From an uncultured delta proteobacterium (GTDB lineage Bacteria > Desulfobacterota > Binatia > HRBIN30 > BPIQ01), in assembly GCA_963761335.1 (NCBI GenBank), contig CAVXGR010000016.1, positions 128,001-192,000 of the forward strand: a DNA stretch of 64,000 nt, given 5' to 3'. Each line of letters starts with the position of its first letter. The stretch's first letter is position 1. The position numbers and the translations under genes were made by a program. Shown here piece after piece: positions 36,758 to 46,590 of this stretch. Under the pieces are notes generated by a model. It was not told the DNA's origin. It ran no database searches and saw only the letters and a program-made list of their open reading frames with translations.

Positions 36758-37102
36758 ATGCCCATCTACGAGTACCGCTGCAAGAAATGCGGGAAGCGCT
36801 TCAGCGTTCTGACTCTCCGCGTCAGCGAGTCGCCGGTGCCGGTCTGCGACAAGTGCGGCAGCAAGCGGGCCGATCGTCTGATGTCGCGCTTCGCCATGCC
36901 CAAGTCGGAGGAGGCGCGACTGGAGAGCTTGGGGGATCCCGGTACGCTCGGGGACCTGGACGAGAAGGACCCCAAGAGCGCGGCGCGCTGGATGCGCCGC
37001 ATGGGTCAGGAAATGGGTGAGGACTTTTCCGGAGAGGATTACGACGAGATGATGGAGGACATCGAGTCGGATAGCGGCGACGGCGGCGACGGCGATCTCT
37101 GA
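36758..37102 (+). CDS. FmdB-family zinc-ribbon protein
   Basis: MPIYEYRCKKCG..CDKCGS..RLMSRF. Confidence 0.9.
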   Translation: MPIYEYRCKKCGKRFSVLTLRVSESPVPVCDKCGSKRADRLMSRFAMPKSEEARLESLGDPGTLGDLDEKDPKSAARWMRRMGQEMGEDFSGEDYDEMMEDIESDSGDGGDGDL

Positions 37103-37108
37103 AGATCC

Positions 37109-38008
37109 TCAGTGCACCATCGGGTGCGATATCGTGCCGCCGATGGTCAGGTTCATCGGCACGGTGGCGCGCTTGGGGCCGCGGTGGGGGATGAAGGCCA
37201 GCAGCGGCTTGAGGGTCTCGGGAAGCTTCTGGATGGCGACGCGCATGTTCAGGCTCGACTCGGAGGTCGGCTGCCGCAGCGCCAGCGTGCCGGTCGCCTG
37301 CACGCCGATGTCGTTGCCGGTGGCGGTGAGCTCCTGGAGCTCGACCTGATTGGCCTTCATGTCGACCTTGGCGTGCGCCTCGGTGAGCTGCAGATCGGGG
37401 ATCACGAAGCCCTTCACCTTGGCATCGGCAATGGCGGCGTGATCGAGGACGATCTCGCCATTGCCCTGGACGGCCCCGGGCGGCGTGCGCGGCATGCGCA
37501 TGGTCCAGTCGCCGGAGAGGGTTCCGGTGAGCTGGCCCTCGTCGAGCCAGTTGGAGACGGCGCGATAACGGCGCACGTCGATGCCGGACCACTTGATCTC
37601 GGCTTCCACGGTGCCGTCGTGCAGGCTGCCGTGGCCGCTGGCGTGCCCGCCGTAGAGCTCGCCGGAGACGACGTAGCTGAAGAGGTCGCCGCGCAGCAGG
37701 GCGCCGTAGTCGGGGCGGACGCGCAGGCGCGTCCATTCCAGCACCGGCGGCACGCCCTCGCGCAGCGGCAGCGTGGCGAAGCGAACCCCCTGGAGCTCGT
37801 AGCCGCCCCAGGCGAGGCGCGCCGTGTTGAAGTCGATGGCCACCGTGGGGTTGCGCATCAGGTCGAGCACCCGGCGCACGACGATGTCGTGCGGGAAGGT
37901 GACCACCAGGAAGACCAGGAAGAGGGTCAGCGTGTACAGCGAGTAGAGGAACACCGGGCGCACCAGGAACCCGGTGAGGAAGCTAAGCCGCGGGCGGGGG
38001 ATTCTCAT
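37109..38008 (-). CDS. gspN: Type II secretion system protein N
   Basis: Last gene of the gsp cluster; N-terminal TM ending TFP, beta-rich body ending LTIGGTISHP. Confidence 0.8.
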   Translation of the reverse strand: MRIPRPRLSFLTGFLVRPVFLYSLYTLTLFLVFLVVTFPHDIVVRRVLDLMRNPTVAIDFNTARLAWGGYELQGVRFATLPLREGVPPVLEWTRLRVRPDYGALLRGDLFSYVVSGELYGGHASGHGSLHDGTVEAEIKWSGIDVRRYRAVSNWLDEGQLTGTLSGDWTMRMPRTPPGAVQGNGEIVLDHAAIADAKVKGFVIPDLQLTEAHAKVDMKANQVELQELTATGNDIGVQATGTLALRQPTSESSLNMRVAIQKLPETLKPLLAFIPHRGPKRATVPMNLTIGGTISHPMVH

Positions 38009-38564
38009 TCGAAATTGCTTTCACGAGGGATACGGTGGCGATCACGTCGAAGTTGTAGATGTCCTTCGGCCGCTTCTTCACCTGCAGGCGGGTGACGCGG
38101 AGCGGGTGATCGCTCTTCTCGATGCGGTGCAGCATGCCGACCAGCTGCTCGAGCGACACCTGGGTGAGCTTGATCTCCACCGTCTGCTCCTCGAACTCCT
38201 GCCCGATGTTCTTGCTCCCCGGGTTCATCGAGCTGATGCGCTCGCGCGGAATCACCTGCGAGATGGTGGTCTCCAGAAAGGTGAACAGCTGGAAGTTGGG
38301 ATCGGCTTTGGAGAGCATCTGCTCGCCGGACTGCAGCTTCTGATTCAGGTCCAGGTAGGTGTGCCGCATGTCGACCATGGAGCGCAGCTGGCGCTCCTTG
38401 GTGCCCACGGCGCGCGACAGCTGGGCGCGGCCGACGGTGAGCGGGTCGAGCACGAAGGTGTACATGCACACCAGGACCAGAATCAGCAGCGCCCCGCCGA
38501 CCAGCGTGCGCTCGCGCGCCGACATGCGAGAGAAGACGTTGAAGATGGAGGCCAGAGAGCTCAC
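37983..38564 (-). CDS. gspM: Type II secretion system protein M
   Basis: GTG overlapping the gspL stop; MSARERTLV then TM, coiled coil and ferredoxin-like domain. Confidence 0.82.
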   Translation of the reverse strand: MSSLASIFNVFSRMSARERTLVGGALLILVLVCMYTFVLDPLTVGRAQLSRAVGTKERQLRSMVDMRHTYLDLNQKLQSGEQMLSKADPNFQLFTFLETTISQVIPRERISSMNPGSKNIGQEFEEQTVEIKLTQVSLEQLVGMLHRIEKSDHPLRVTRLQVKKRPKDIYNFDVIATVSLVKAISNENPPPAA

Positions 38565-40045
38565 GAGGCGGGCTCCTGTCCGGGCTTGTTGAGCAGCAGG
38601 ATCAGGCGGAAGTCGACGCCGGTCCCGTCGCGGCTGGCGCGAGAGTCCTTCACCTGCACCTCGCGGAAATAGGTGACCGCGGCCAGCTGCTTCTTGATGG
38701 CATCGATCGACTCGAAGGACGCGGTCTTGCCGCGGATGCGAACCGAATCGGTGTCCATGACGTACTCGTCGGTATCGATGGTCACCTTCGCGGGGATCGC
38801 TGCTGCCACGGTGCGCAGCAGGTCGATGGCGGTGAGGTTGCCGACCGGCGCGGCATCGGCGAGCAACGCCAGCTTCTTCTGTGCCGTCTCGATCTGGCTC
38901 TGCAGCTGGGTCGCCGGATTGCTCGAGATCGGCGTGTCCGGAACGGTGGCGGCGAAGACGTTGCGGATCTGACCGTCGATCGCCGCCACCCGCGCCTGCT
39001 CGAGGCGGTAGCTGACGAAGAGGTTGGTCATCATGAGCACCACGAAGACCGCCGCCAGGGCGCCGATGCGGGCCAGCGTGCGGCGCATCTCCACCTGACC
39101 GCGGTGGTAGGTGAACTCGCCGCGGCGGAAGTTGAGACCGACGGAGTTGGCCGGAGAGAGCTCGCGCAGGGCCAGCCCGAGCGGCCGAGCGAAGGCGGGG
39201 GCCTGCCCGTTCGACACTCCGGGCACCGGGCGGAGCCGCAGGGACTCCAGTCGCGTGACCTCGAGCCCGAGCTTCTCGGAGAGCTCCTGGGCCAGCTGTG
39301 TGAGGAGCTCCCCGGGCTCGCCGGCGAGCAGGCAGGGCAGCCCCGGGTCCAGCGGCCCCTCGTTGAGCACCAGCAGGGTCCAGCGAAGATCGTTGGCCAG
39401 TCGCTCCGGGCTCGGCGTCGGCGGCGATGAGGAGCCGTTCTCCGCGGCGCGCAGGGTCACCAGCGAGCGGACGCCGAGCAGCCGGCGCTCGCGGTAGAAG
39501 GCGACGGTGGCGTCGGACTTCGAGACCTCCAGGTAGGCGAAGGTCTCCGGCAGATCCTTGGCGACGGTGTTGAGCAGGTTGAGGCCGCAGAGCGGGCCGA
39601 AGTCCACCACCTTGGGATCGATGCCGGCCTCGGCGAGAGTGGCGAGGTGCTTCTGCAGATCGGACTTCTGGACCAGGGCCGCGAGAACCGTCGAGCTGGC
39701 GCGGTCGCGCTGCAGCACCTGGTAGTCGACGACCACGTCGTCGAGGCCGAAGGGGACCAGGGTTTCCAGCTCGAAGGGCACCGTCTGATCGAGGCGCTTG
39801 CGGTCGCGGAAGGGAAGATTGAGGGTGCGCTGCGTCGCCAGCTCGCTCGGGATGGTGGCCAGGATGGTGTCGGGGCGCATATCGTGGCGCGCCAGAAAGG
39901 CCCGCAGGCGGTCGGGAAGCGGCGTCTCGCCGTCCTCCTCGTCCTCGTAGAGCCCGATGACCTTGTAGTCGCGGAAGCTCGATTCGACGAGAGCCGCGCG
40001 GATCTGCCGCTCGCCGATGTCGAGCGCTAGGATACGTTGAGCCAT
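38561..40045 (-). CDS. gspL: Type II secretion system protein L
   Basis: Actin-like ILALDIG start, LPF..FELE motif, LNFRRGEF before the TM, PilN-like C-terminus. Confidence 0.88.
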   Translation of the reverse strand: MAQRILALDIGERQIRAALVESSFRDYKVIGLYEDEEDGETPLPDRLRAFLARHDMRPDTILATIPSELATQRTLNLPFRDRKRLDQTVPFELETLVPFGLDDVVVDYQVLQRDRASSTVLAALVQKSDLQKHLATLAEAGIDPKVVDFGPLCGLNLLNTVAKDLPETFAYLEVSKSDATVAFYRERRLLGVRSLVTLRAAENGSSSPPTPSPERLANDLRWTLLVLNEGPLDPGLPCLLAGEPGELLTQLAQELSEKLGLEVTRLESLRLRPVPGVSNGQAPAFARPLGLALRELSPANSVGLNFRRGEFTYHRGQVEMRRTLARIGALAAVFVVLMMTNLFVSYRLEQARVAAIDGQIRNVFAATVPDTPISSNPATQLQSQIETAQKKLALLADAAPVGNLTAIDLLRTVAAAIPAKVTIDTDEYVMDTDSVRIRGKTASFESIDAIKKQLAAVTYFREVQVKDSRASRDGTGVDFRLILLLNKPGQEPAS

Positions 40046-40068
40046 GGATGGTGGGATCTTCTATCCGA

Positions 40069-41262
40069 CTATGGCGCCGCCGCCAAATCGCCGTCAACGT
40101 CCTGGGCCTTCTTGAAGAGGGGCGCTCCGCCTTCCTTCTGCCACTCCCAGTACTCCAGGGAGCAGGGGGGCTGATCGGCCTGCTGCTGGCCGTTGCAGCG
40201 GCGGCGCACCAGGGCGCGCACCGTCTTGCCGATGCCGTTGACGGAGGCGCTGGCCTCCAGCCGAAAGATGGCGCTGCGGGTGGTGAACTGGTTGGTTCCG
40301 CCCTCCACCGTGGCGCCGCCGAGGCAGTCGGAGACGCTCTGGCACGGCTGGTCGCTGCGGCGCGAGACGATGTCCTGAGCGGCGCCGGCGTCATTGAGGA
40401 TCGCTGCCAGAACCTCGGGCGGCGCGGTGTTGATGTTCACCGGAAAGCGGATCACCTGGTTGTCGCCGCGGACCGCGGTGGTGAACTCGCGCAGGATCTG
40501 GAAGGCGGCGCGGTTGCGCAGCGACGGGAAGGTCGAGGCGAAGCCGTCGACGGAGTCGAAGTACGGGGGCTGCTGCTCGTTGCCGTTGGCGTCGGTGGTC
40601 GGCGTCAGCCAGTATTCCTCGATCGACTTCGAGACGTCCTCGCCGTCGAGCCCGGCGGCATCGAGCAGGCGCTGCAGGGAATCGCGCCAGCAGACCTCGT
40701 TGCCGTTGTGGCATTCGAGCTGCGTCTTGTCGGGGTCGAGTGACGAGGGCTTGGTCATGTTGAGGTTGAGCTTGCCACTCTCGTCGGCGATGCGCACGCA
40801 CATGTGCCAGTTGGGCGGCAGCTCGAGCGAGGGGAGCGTGCTGCATCCGTCGAGGACGAAGCTCCTCCACGGGTCGTCGACGTCGGGGTCGACGTTCGGC
40901 GTCTTGTCCAGCACCAGGGCGGCGGCCATGATGTTGATCCCGGAGCGCGCCAGGTAGGTCGCCTGCAGCGAGCTGAGAGCGTTGCGGCTCAGGTGGCTCT
41001 CCACCTGCACGCTATCGGTGAACTCGACCACCAGGATCGACAGCAGCGACACGATGAGCAGCGTCAGCACCAGCGCGATGCCGCGTTCGCCATCGCGGCC
41101 GGCCACAGCGAGAGGTCCCTCGGGAGGGTGAGGCTCTTCGGCTCCGGGGACAGGCATCTTTTCGGCGCTCACCCGGCGGGGGGCTTCTCGCAGGCGGGCG
41201 TTGCGCCGGAAAGAAGCCTGTCCCCATGGCGCCCTCCTCCTCATATCGGCGTCGCTGTCCAT
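40069..41262 (-). CDS. gspK: Type II secretion minor pseudopilin K
   Basis: ERG/IALVLTL prepilin-like site, DESGKLNLN and VNINTAPPEVL; start chosen at ATG overlapping the gspJ stop (alternative ATG 41157). Confidence 0.88.
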   Translation of the reverse strand: MDSDADMRRRAPWGQASFRRNARLREAPRRVSAEKMPVPGAEEPHPPEGPLAVAGRDGERGIALVLTLLIVSLLSILVVEFTDSVQVESHLSRNALSSLQATYLARSGINIMAAALVLDKTPNVDPDVDDPWRSFVLDGCSTLPSLELPPNWHMCVRIADESGKLNLNMTKPSSLDPDKTQLECHNGNEVCWRDSLQRLLDAAGLDGEDVSKSIEEYWLTPTTDANGNEQQPPYFDSVDGFASTFPSLRNRAAFQILREFTTAVRGDNQVIRFPVNINTAPPEVLAAILNDAGAAQDIVSRRSDQPCQSVSDCLGGATVEGGTNQFTTRSAIFRLEASASVNGIGKTVRALVRRRCNGQQQADQPPCSLEYWEWQKEGGAPLFKKAQDVDGDLAAAP

Positions 41263-42056
41263 CAGCGGTTCGGGGTCGGTTTCACCGCCAGCGGGAGATC
41301 GACCAGGGTGGCGAACTCCTGCGGCTGGCCGTTCTCGTCGTAGAGATAGAGGGCGATGTCGACGGCGAGGGGAATGCGATCGGTGAAGTCGTCGCCGTTC
41401 TCGCCGGTGCTGTCCCACTCGTTCACCCACTGACCGCTGACGCCGTCGAGATAGCGGAAGCGGAGGCCGGCGACGTTGTCGATCACCGGCACCGAGAACG
41501 GCTGGGGCCCGTTGTCGGTCCCCGTGGCACCGGGATCGTTCTGCGTGTCGCCGCTATTCTGGAGACCTTCCGGGTTCTCCGCGTCTGAGGTATCGCCGGA
41601 GCCGGCGCTGGCGATCGGCACCTCGTCGCGGCGCAGGAGGAAGACGTTGGGGCGCTCGGTGGCGTCGAGCGAGTAGGTCACCACGACGCGGCCGCCGGCG
41701 CCGCCGAGCAGCCCGAACGGCGGTCGGCGGACGATGGCGAAGCGCACCTGGTCGGTGAACTGCGAGGCGCCGCCGCTGACGCCCTGGAAGATGGCATCGC
41801 CGGCATGCGCCGGGGACATCGCCCCCTCGATCTCGTCGGCCATGCGCAACACCGTCTCGCGACCGTCGGCGTTCAGCTCCGCCGACGCCTCCGAGTGGTC
41901 CTTGGCGTAGATGGCGCGCGACAGCGTTCCGTAGACGGTGAGCAGGATGATCCCGAGGATGGTGATCGCCACCAGCACCTCGAGGAGCGTGAAGCCCGCC
42001 CACCCTGTGGTGTCAGGCCGTCGGCGCCGCGATCCAGTAGATGATCTCACAGGCAT
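41262..42056 (-). CDS. gspJ: Type II secretion minor pseudopilin J
   Basis: AG/FTLLEVLVA N-methylation motif, LRFRYLD..WVNEWDS; cluster position. Confidence 0.88.
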   Translation of the reverse strand: MPVRSSTGSRRRRPDTTGWAGFTLLEVLVAITILGIILLTVYGTLSRAIYAKDHSEASAELNADGRETVLRMADEIEGAMSPAHAGDAIFQGVSGGASQFTDQVRFAIVRRPPFGLLGGAGGRVVVTYSLDATERPNVFLLRRDEVPIASAGSGDTSDAENPEGLQNSGDTQNDPGATGTDNGPQPFSVPVIDNVAGLRFRYLDGVSGQWVNEWDSTGENGDDFTDRIPLAVDIALYLYDENGQPQEFATLVDLPLAVKPTPNR

Positions 42057-42396
42057 CGGGTCGGTTGTCGTCCCAGATGACGCGCAGGCGAATCTGCTTG
42101 ACGTTGTCGAGGGAGGTGGGGCTCACCTGCCGCACCCAGTGGAACCTGGGGTCGGAGGGGATGGCGCCGGTGGCGTCGCCGATGCTGCCGAAGTCCTCGA
42201 ACTGCATCTGCGTCATCAGCTCGCGGGCGAAGAGTGTGGCGCGGCTGTAGTCGTTGGTGCGCGCCGTCAGGGCGACGTTGCGGCCGTGCAGGCCGAGGAG
42301 GGCCACGAAGGCGAAGGCGAGCACCGCCAGTGCCACCATCACCTCGAGCAGCGTGAAGCCGTGCTGCCGGTGCTCAACCCTGCGTCTGGGTGACAT
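42013..42396 (-). CDS. gspI: Type II secretion minor pseudopilin I
   Basis: HG/FTLLEVMVALAV; 127 aa; cluster position. Confidence 0.88.
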   Translation of the reverse strand: MSPRRRVEHRQHGFTLLEVMVALAVLAFAFVALLGLHGRNVALTARTNDYSRATLFARELMTQMQFEDFGSIGDATGAIPSDPRFHWVRQVSPTSLDNVKQIRLRVIWDDNRPDACEIIYWIAAPTA

Positions 42397-43030
42397 CGCG
42401 GTAGCCTTCGAAGCGGCTCACCTTGCCGGTGAACGGCCAGATGACCAGGGTGTAGGCTTGGCGGCCGTTGTCCATGTGCACCACCGTCGGGTCGACGGTG
42501 CCGTCGGGAAAGAAGCGGGTGTACACCTGCCCCTGGCTCAGCTTGCCGACGCCCTGCAGGACGACGTCGCTGAAGGCGACGGTCTCGGGAAGAGTGACGG
42601 GACGGCCGATGGGGTCAGTCGGGTCGAAATCCTGCGGCAGCGCCAGCCCCCCCGACTGTGAGTCCGCGAGCCCGGAGCCGGAGCCGGTGAGCCCCGACCC
42701 GGAGCCGGTGTCGCCGTTGGCGGTATCGTCGACGGTGTCCTCGGTGCTGATCCAGTAGCGCTGTCCGTCGAGATCGAAGTTCAGGCGGTAGATGCGGCCG
42801 TTGAGGATGGCCTCGCCGCGCAAGAAGCGGACCTTGAGGGCGAGCCGCCGCACGTTGGAGCTCAGCTCCAGCTGCGAGGGGTCGCGCAGGCGCGGGATGA
42901 CGAAGGAGAGGACGATGCCGAAGATGAGCAGGACGAGCGAGATCTCCAGCAGGGTGAACCCCGCCTGCGCGCGGCTGCGGAAGACTTCGGCGTGAGAGAT
43001 GGCCGCTCTCCGGCGCTGTCGGCAGGTCAT
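42374..43030 (-). CDS. gspH: Type II secretion minor pseudopilin H
   Basis: AG/FTLLEISLV and FFPDG motif; cluster position. Confidence 0.85.
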   Translation of the reverse strand: MTCRQRRRAAISHAEVFRSRAQAGFTLLEISLVLLIFGIVLSFVIPRLRDPSQLELSSNVRRLALKVRFLRGEAILNGRIYRLNFDLDGQRYWISTEDTVDDTANGDTGSGSGLTGSGSGLADSQSGGLALPQDFDPTDPIGRPVTLPETVAFSDVVLQGVGKLSQGQVYTRFFPDGTVDPTVVHMDNGRQAYTLVIWPFTGKVSRFEGYRDVTQTQG

Positions 43031-43103
43031 TGAAGGGACCGTGTCCTCTCGCCGTTCGGCTCCGTGCGGCGGGAGTGCACCGGAGAAAACCGCGAGCCGG
43101 GCG

Positions 43104-43523
43104 TCAGGAAGACATGTTGAAGTTGTCAATATCGGCGTTCTTGCCGTCGCCGCCCTCGGCGCCGTCGGCGCCGTAGCACTTGATGATCGGATGGCCAGCA
43201 CCGTCTAGCGCGTAGATGTAGGGATTTCCCCAGGGGTCGATCGGCACCTTGTCGAGGTAGCCGTCGGGGTTGTAGTTCCTGGCATTGGCTCCGGCGCCTC
43301 CGACCAGCACGTCCAGGGACTGCGGATAGGCACCGGTGTCGAGCTTGTAGAGGTGCAGGGCCTCCTCGATTCCCTTGATGTCGGCCTTGGCCTTGACGAT
43401 GCGGGCGTCATCCGTCCGGCCGATGATCTTCGGCGCCACCAGGGTGACGAGGAGACCGAGGATGAACACCACCACCATGATCTCGATGAGAGTGAACCCG
43501 GCCTGTTTGTGAACGCGGCTCAT
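43104..43523 (-). CDS. gspG: Type II secretion major pseudopilin G
   Basis: AG/FTLIEIMVVV, YKLDTGAYP, DPWGNPY and GADGAEGG motifs. Confidence 0.95.
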   Translation of the reverse strand: MSRVHKQAGFTLIEIMVVVFILGLLVTLVAPKIIGRTDDARIVKAKADIKGIEEALHLYKLDTGAYPQSLDVLVGGAGANARNYNPDGYLDKVPIDPWGNPYIYALDGAGHPIIKCYGADGAEGGDGKNADIDNFNMSS

Positions 43524-43571
43524 GATCGTTTGCCTCCGACGTCGAAACGCTAACACTGGCATTTCTCCGAT

Positions 43572-44807
43572 TCAATGTACCAGCTGGTTGAGCTCGAATA
43601 TGGGGACCAGGATCGCCAGCACGATGAAGAGCACGACGCCGCCCATGAAGATGATGATCAACGGCTCCATGACCGAGGTGAGCGAGGCCACCGATGTCTC
43701 GACCTCGTTGTCGTAGGCGTCGGCGGCGCGCGACAGCATCTCCTCCAGCTCGCCGCTCTTCTCGCCGACGGCGATCATGTGGGTCAGCAGCGGCGGAAAG
43801 AGGCCGCTCTTCTTCAGCGGCGGGGCGATACTGTGACCCTCGCGGATGCTGTTGCGGGCGTTGTCGATGGCCTCCGCCAGCAGCGTGTTGCTGACCACGT
43901 TGCGGACGATGTCGAGAGAGAGAAGCAGGGCAATGCCGCTGCGCAGCAGCGTCGACAGGGTGCGCGAGAAGCGCGCCAGCGCCACCTTCTTCAAGAGGCT
44001 GCCGGCGTAGGGAACGCGCAGGACGTAGGTGTCGAAGGTGAGCCGGCCGGCGGGCGTGCGCACCCAGAAGCGGAAGAGCACGGCGAAGATCACCACCAGG
44101 CTCAGCACCAGCCACCAGTACGCCTGCAGAAAGCCGCTGATGGCGAGAAGAACGACCGTCATCGTCGGCAGCGCCTGATGGGTGTCGGCGAAGATCCGGG
44201 TCACCTTGGGAACCACGTAGGAGACCAGGAAGAAGAGGATCAGCAGGCTGATGCCTCCCATCAGGATGGGGTAGGTGAGGGCGGCACGCACCTTGTTGCG
44301 CAGCTGGGCGGAGCTCTCGGTGTAATCGGCGAGCCGTTCGAGGACGACGTCCAGGGCGCCGCTGGCCTCGCCGGCGCGCACCATGCTGACGTAGAGATCG
44401 CTGAAGATGCGCGGGTGGTCGCGCAGCGCCTCGGCCAGGGAGACGCCCTCGGTGACCCGCTCGCGGACCTGGGAGAGGGCGCGCTCCATGCGCTGGTTCT
44501 CCGTCTGCTCGATCAGCGCCGTCAGACACTCGACCAGCGGCAGCCCGGCCCCCACCAGGGTGGAGAGCTGCCGGGTGGAGAGCGACAGGTCCTGCGGGGT
44601 GATGCGCTCGAAGTACTGCCCGATGTTGACGCTGTAGCGGGAGGCCGCCGCGGTCTTTGCCCGCGGCGCCCGCTCCTCGGCCAGATCGGTGGGAAAAATA
44701 CCGTCCCGGCGGAGCTTGAACCGCGCCCCCTTGGGGCTGTCGGCATCGATGATGCCGTTGACGTTGCGGCCCTGAGCTGTCAGGCCCTTGTAGGCATAGA
44801 CCGGCAT
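43572..44807 (-). CDS. gspF: Type II secretion inner-membrane protein F
   Basis: AGEASGAL, ALTYP, GEKSGEL and MEPLII motifs. Confidence 0.95.
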   Translation of the reverse strand: MPVYAYKGLTAQGRNVNGIIDADSPKGARFKLRRDGIFPTDLAEERAPRAKTAAASRYSVNIGQYFERITPQDLSLSTRQLSTLVGAGLPLVECLTALIEQTENQRMERALSQVRERVTEGVSLAEALRDHPRIFSDLYVSMVRAGEASGALDVVLERLADYTESSAQLRNKVRAALTYPILMGGISLLILFFLVSYVVPKVTRIFADTHQALPTMTVVLLAISGFLQAYWWLVLSLVVIFAVLFRFWVRTPAGRLTFDTYVLRVPYAGSLLKKVALARFSRTLSTLLRSGIALLLSLDIVRNVVSNTLLAEAIDNARNSIREGHSIAPPLKKSGLFPPLLTHMIAVGEKSGELEEMLSRAADAYDNEVETSVASLTSVMEPLIIIFMGGVVLFIVLAILVPIFELNQLVH

Positions 44808-44868
44808 GCCGTCTAGATAGACGCCCGTGCCCGCCCGCTATTCGAATGGGCGGAGCCGTCCCCGGGGG

Positions 44869-46584
<1,716 letters not shown>

Positions 46585-46590
46585 GTCAGC

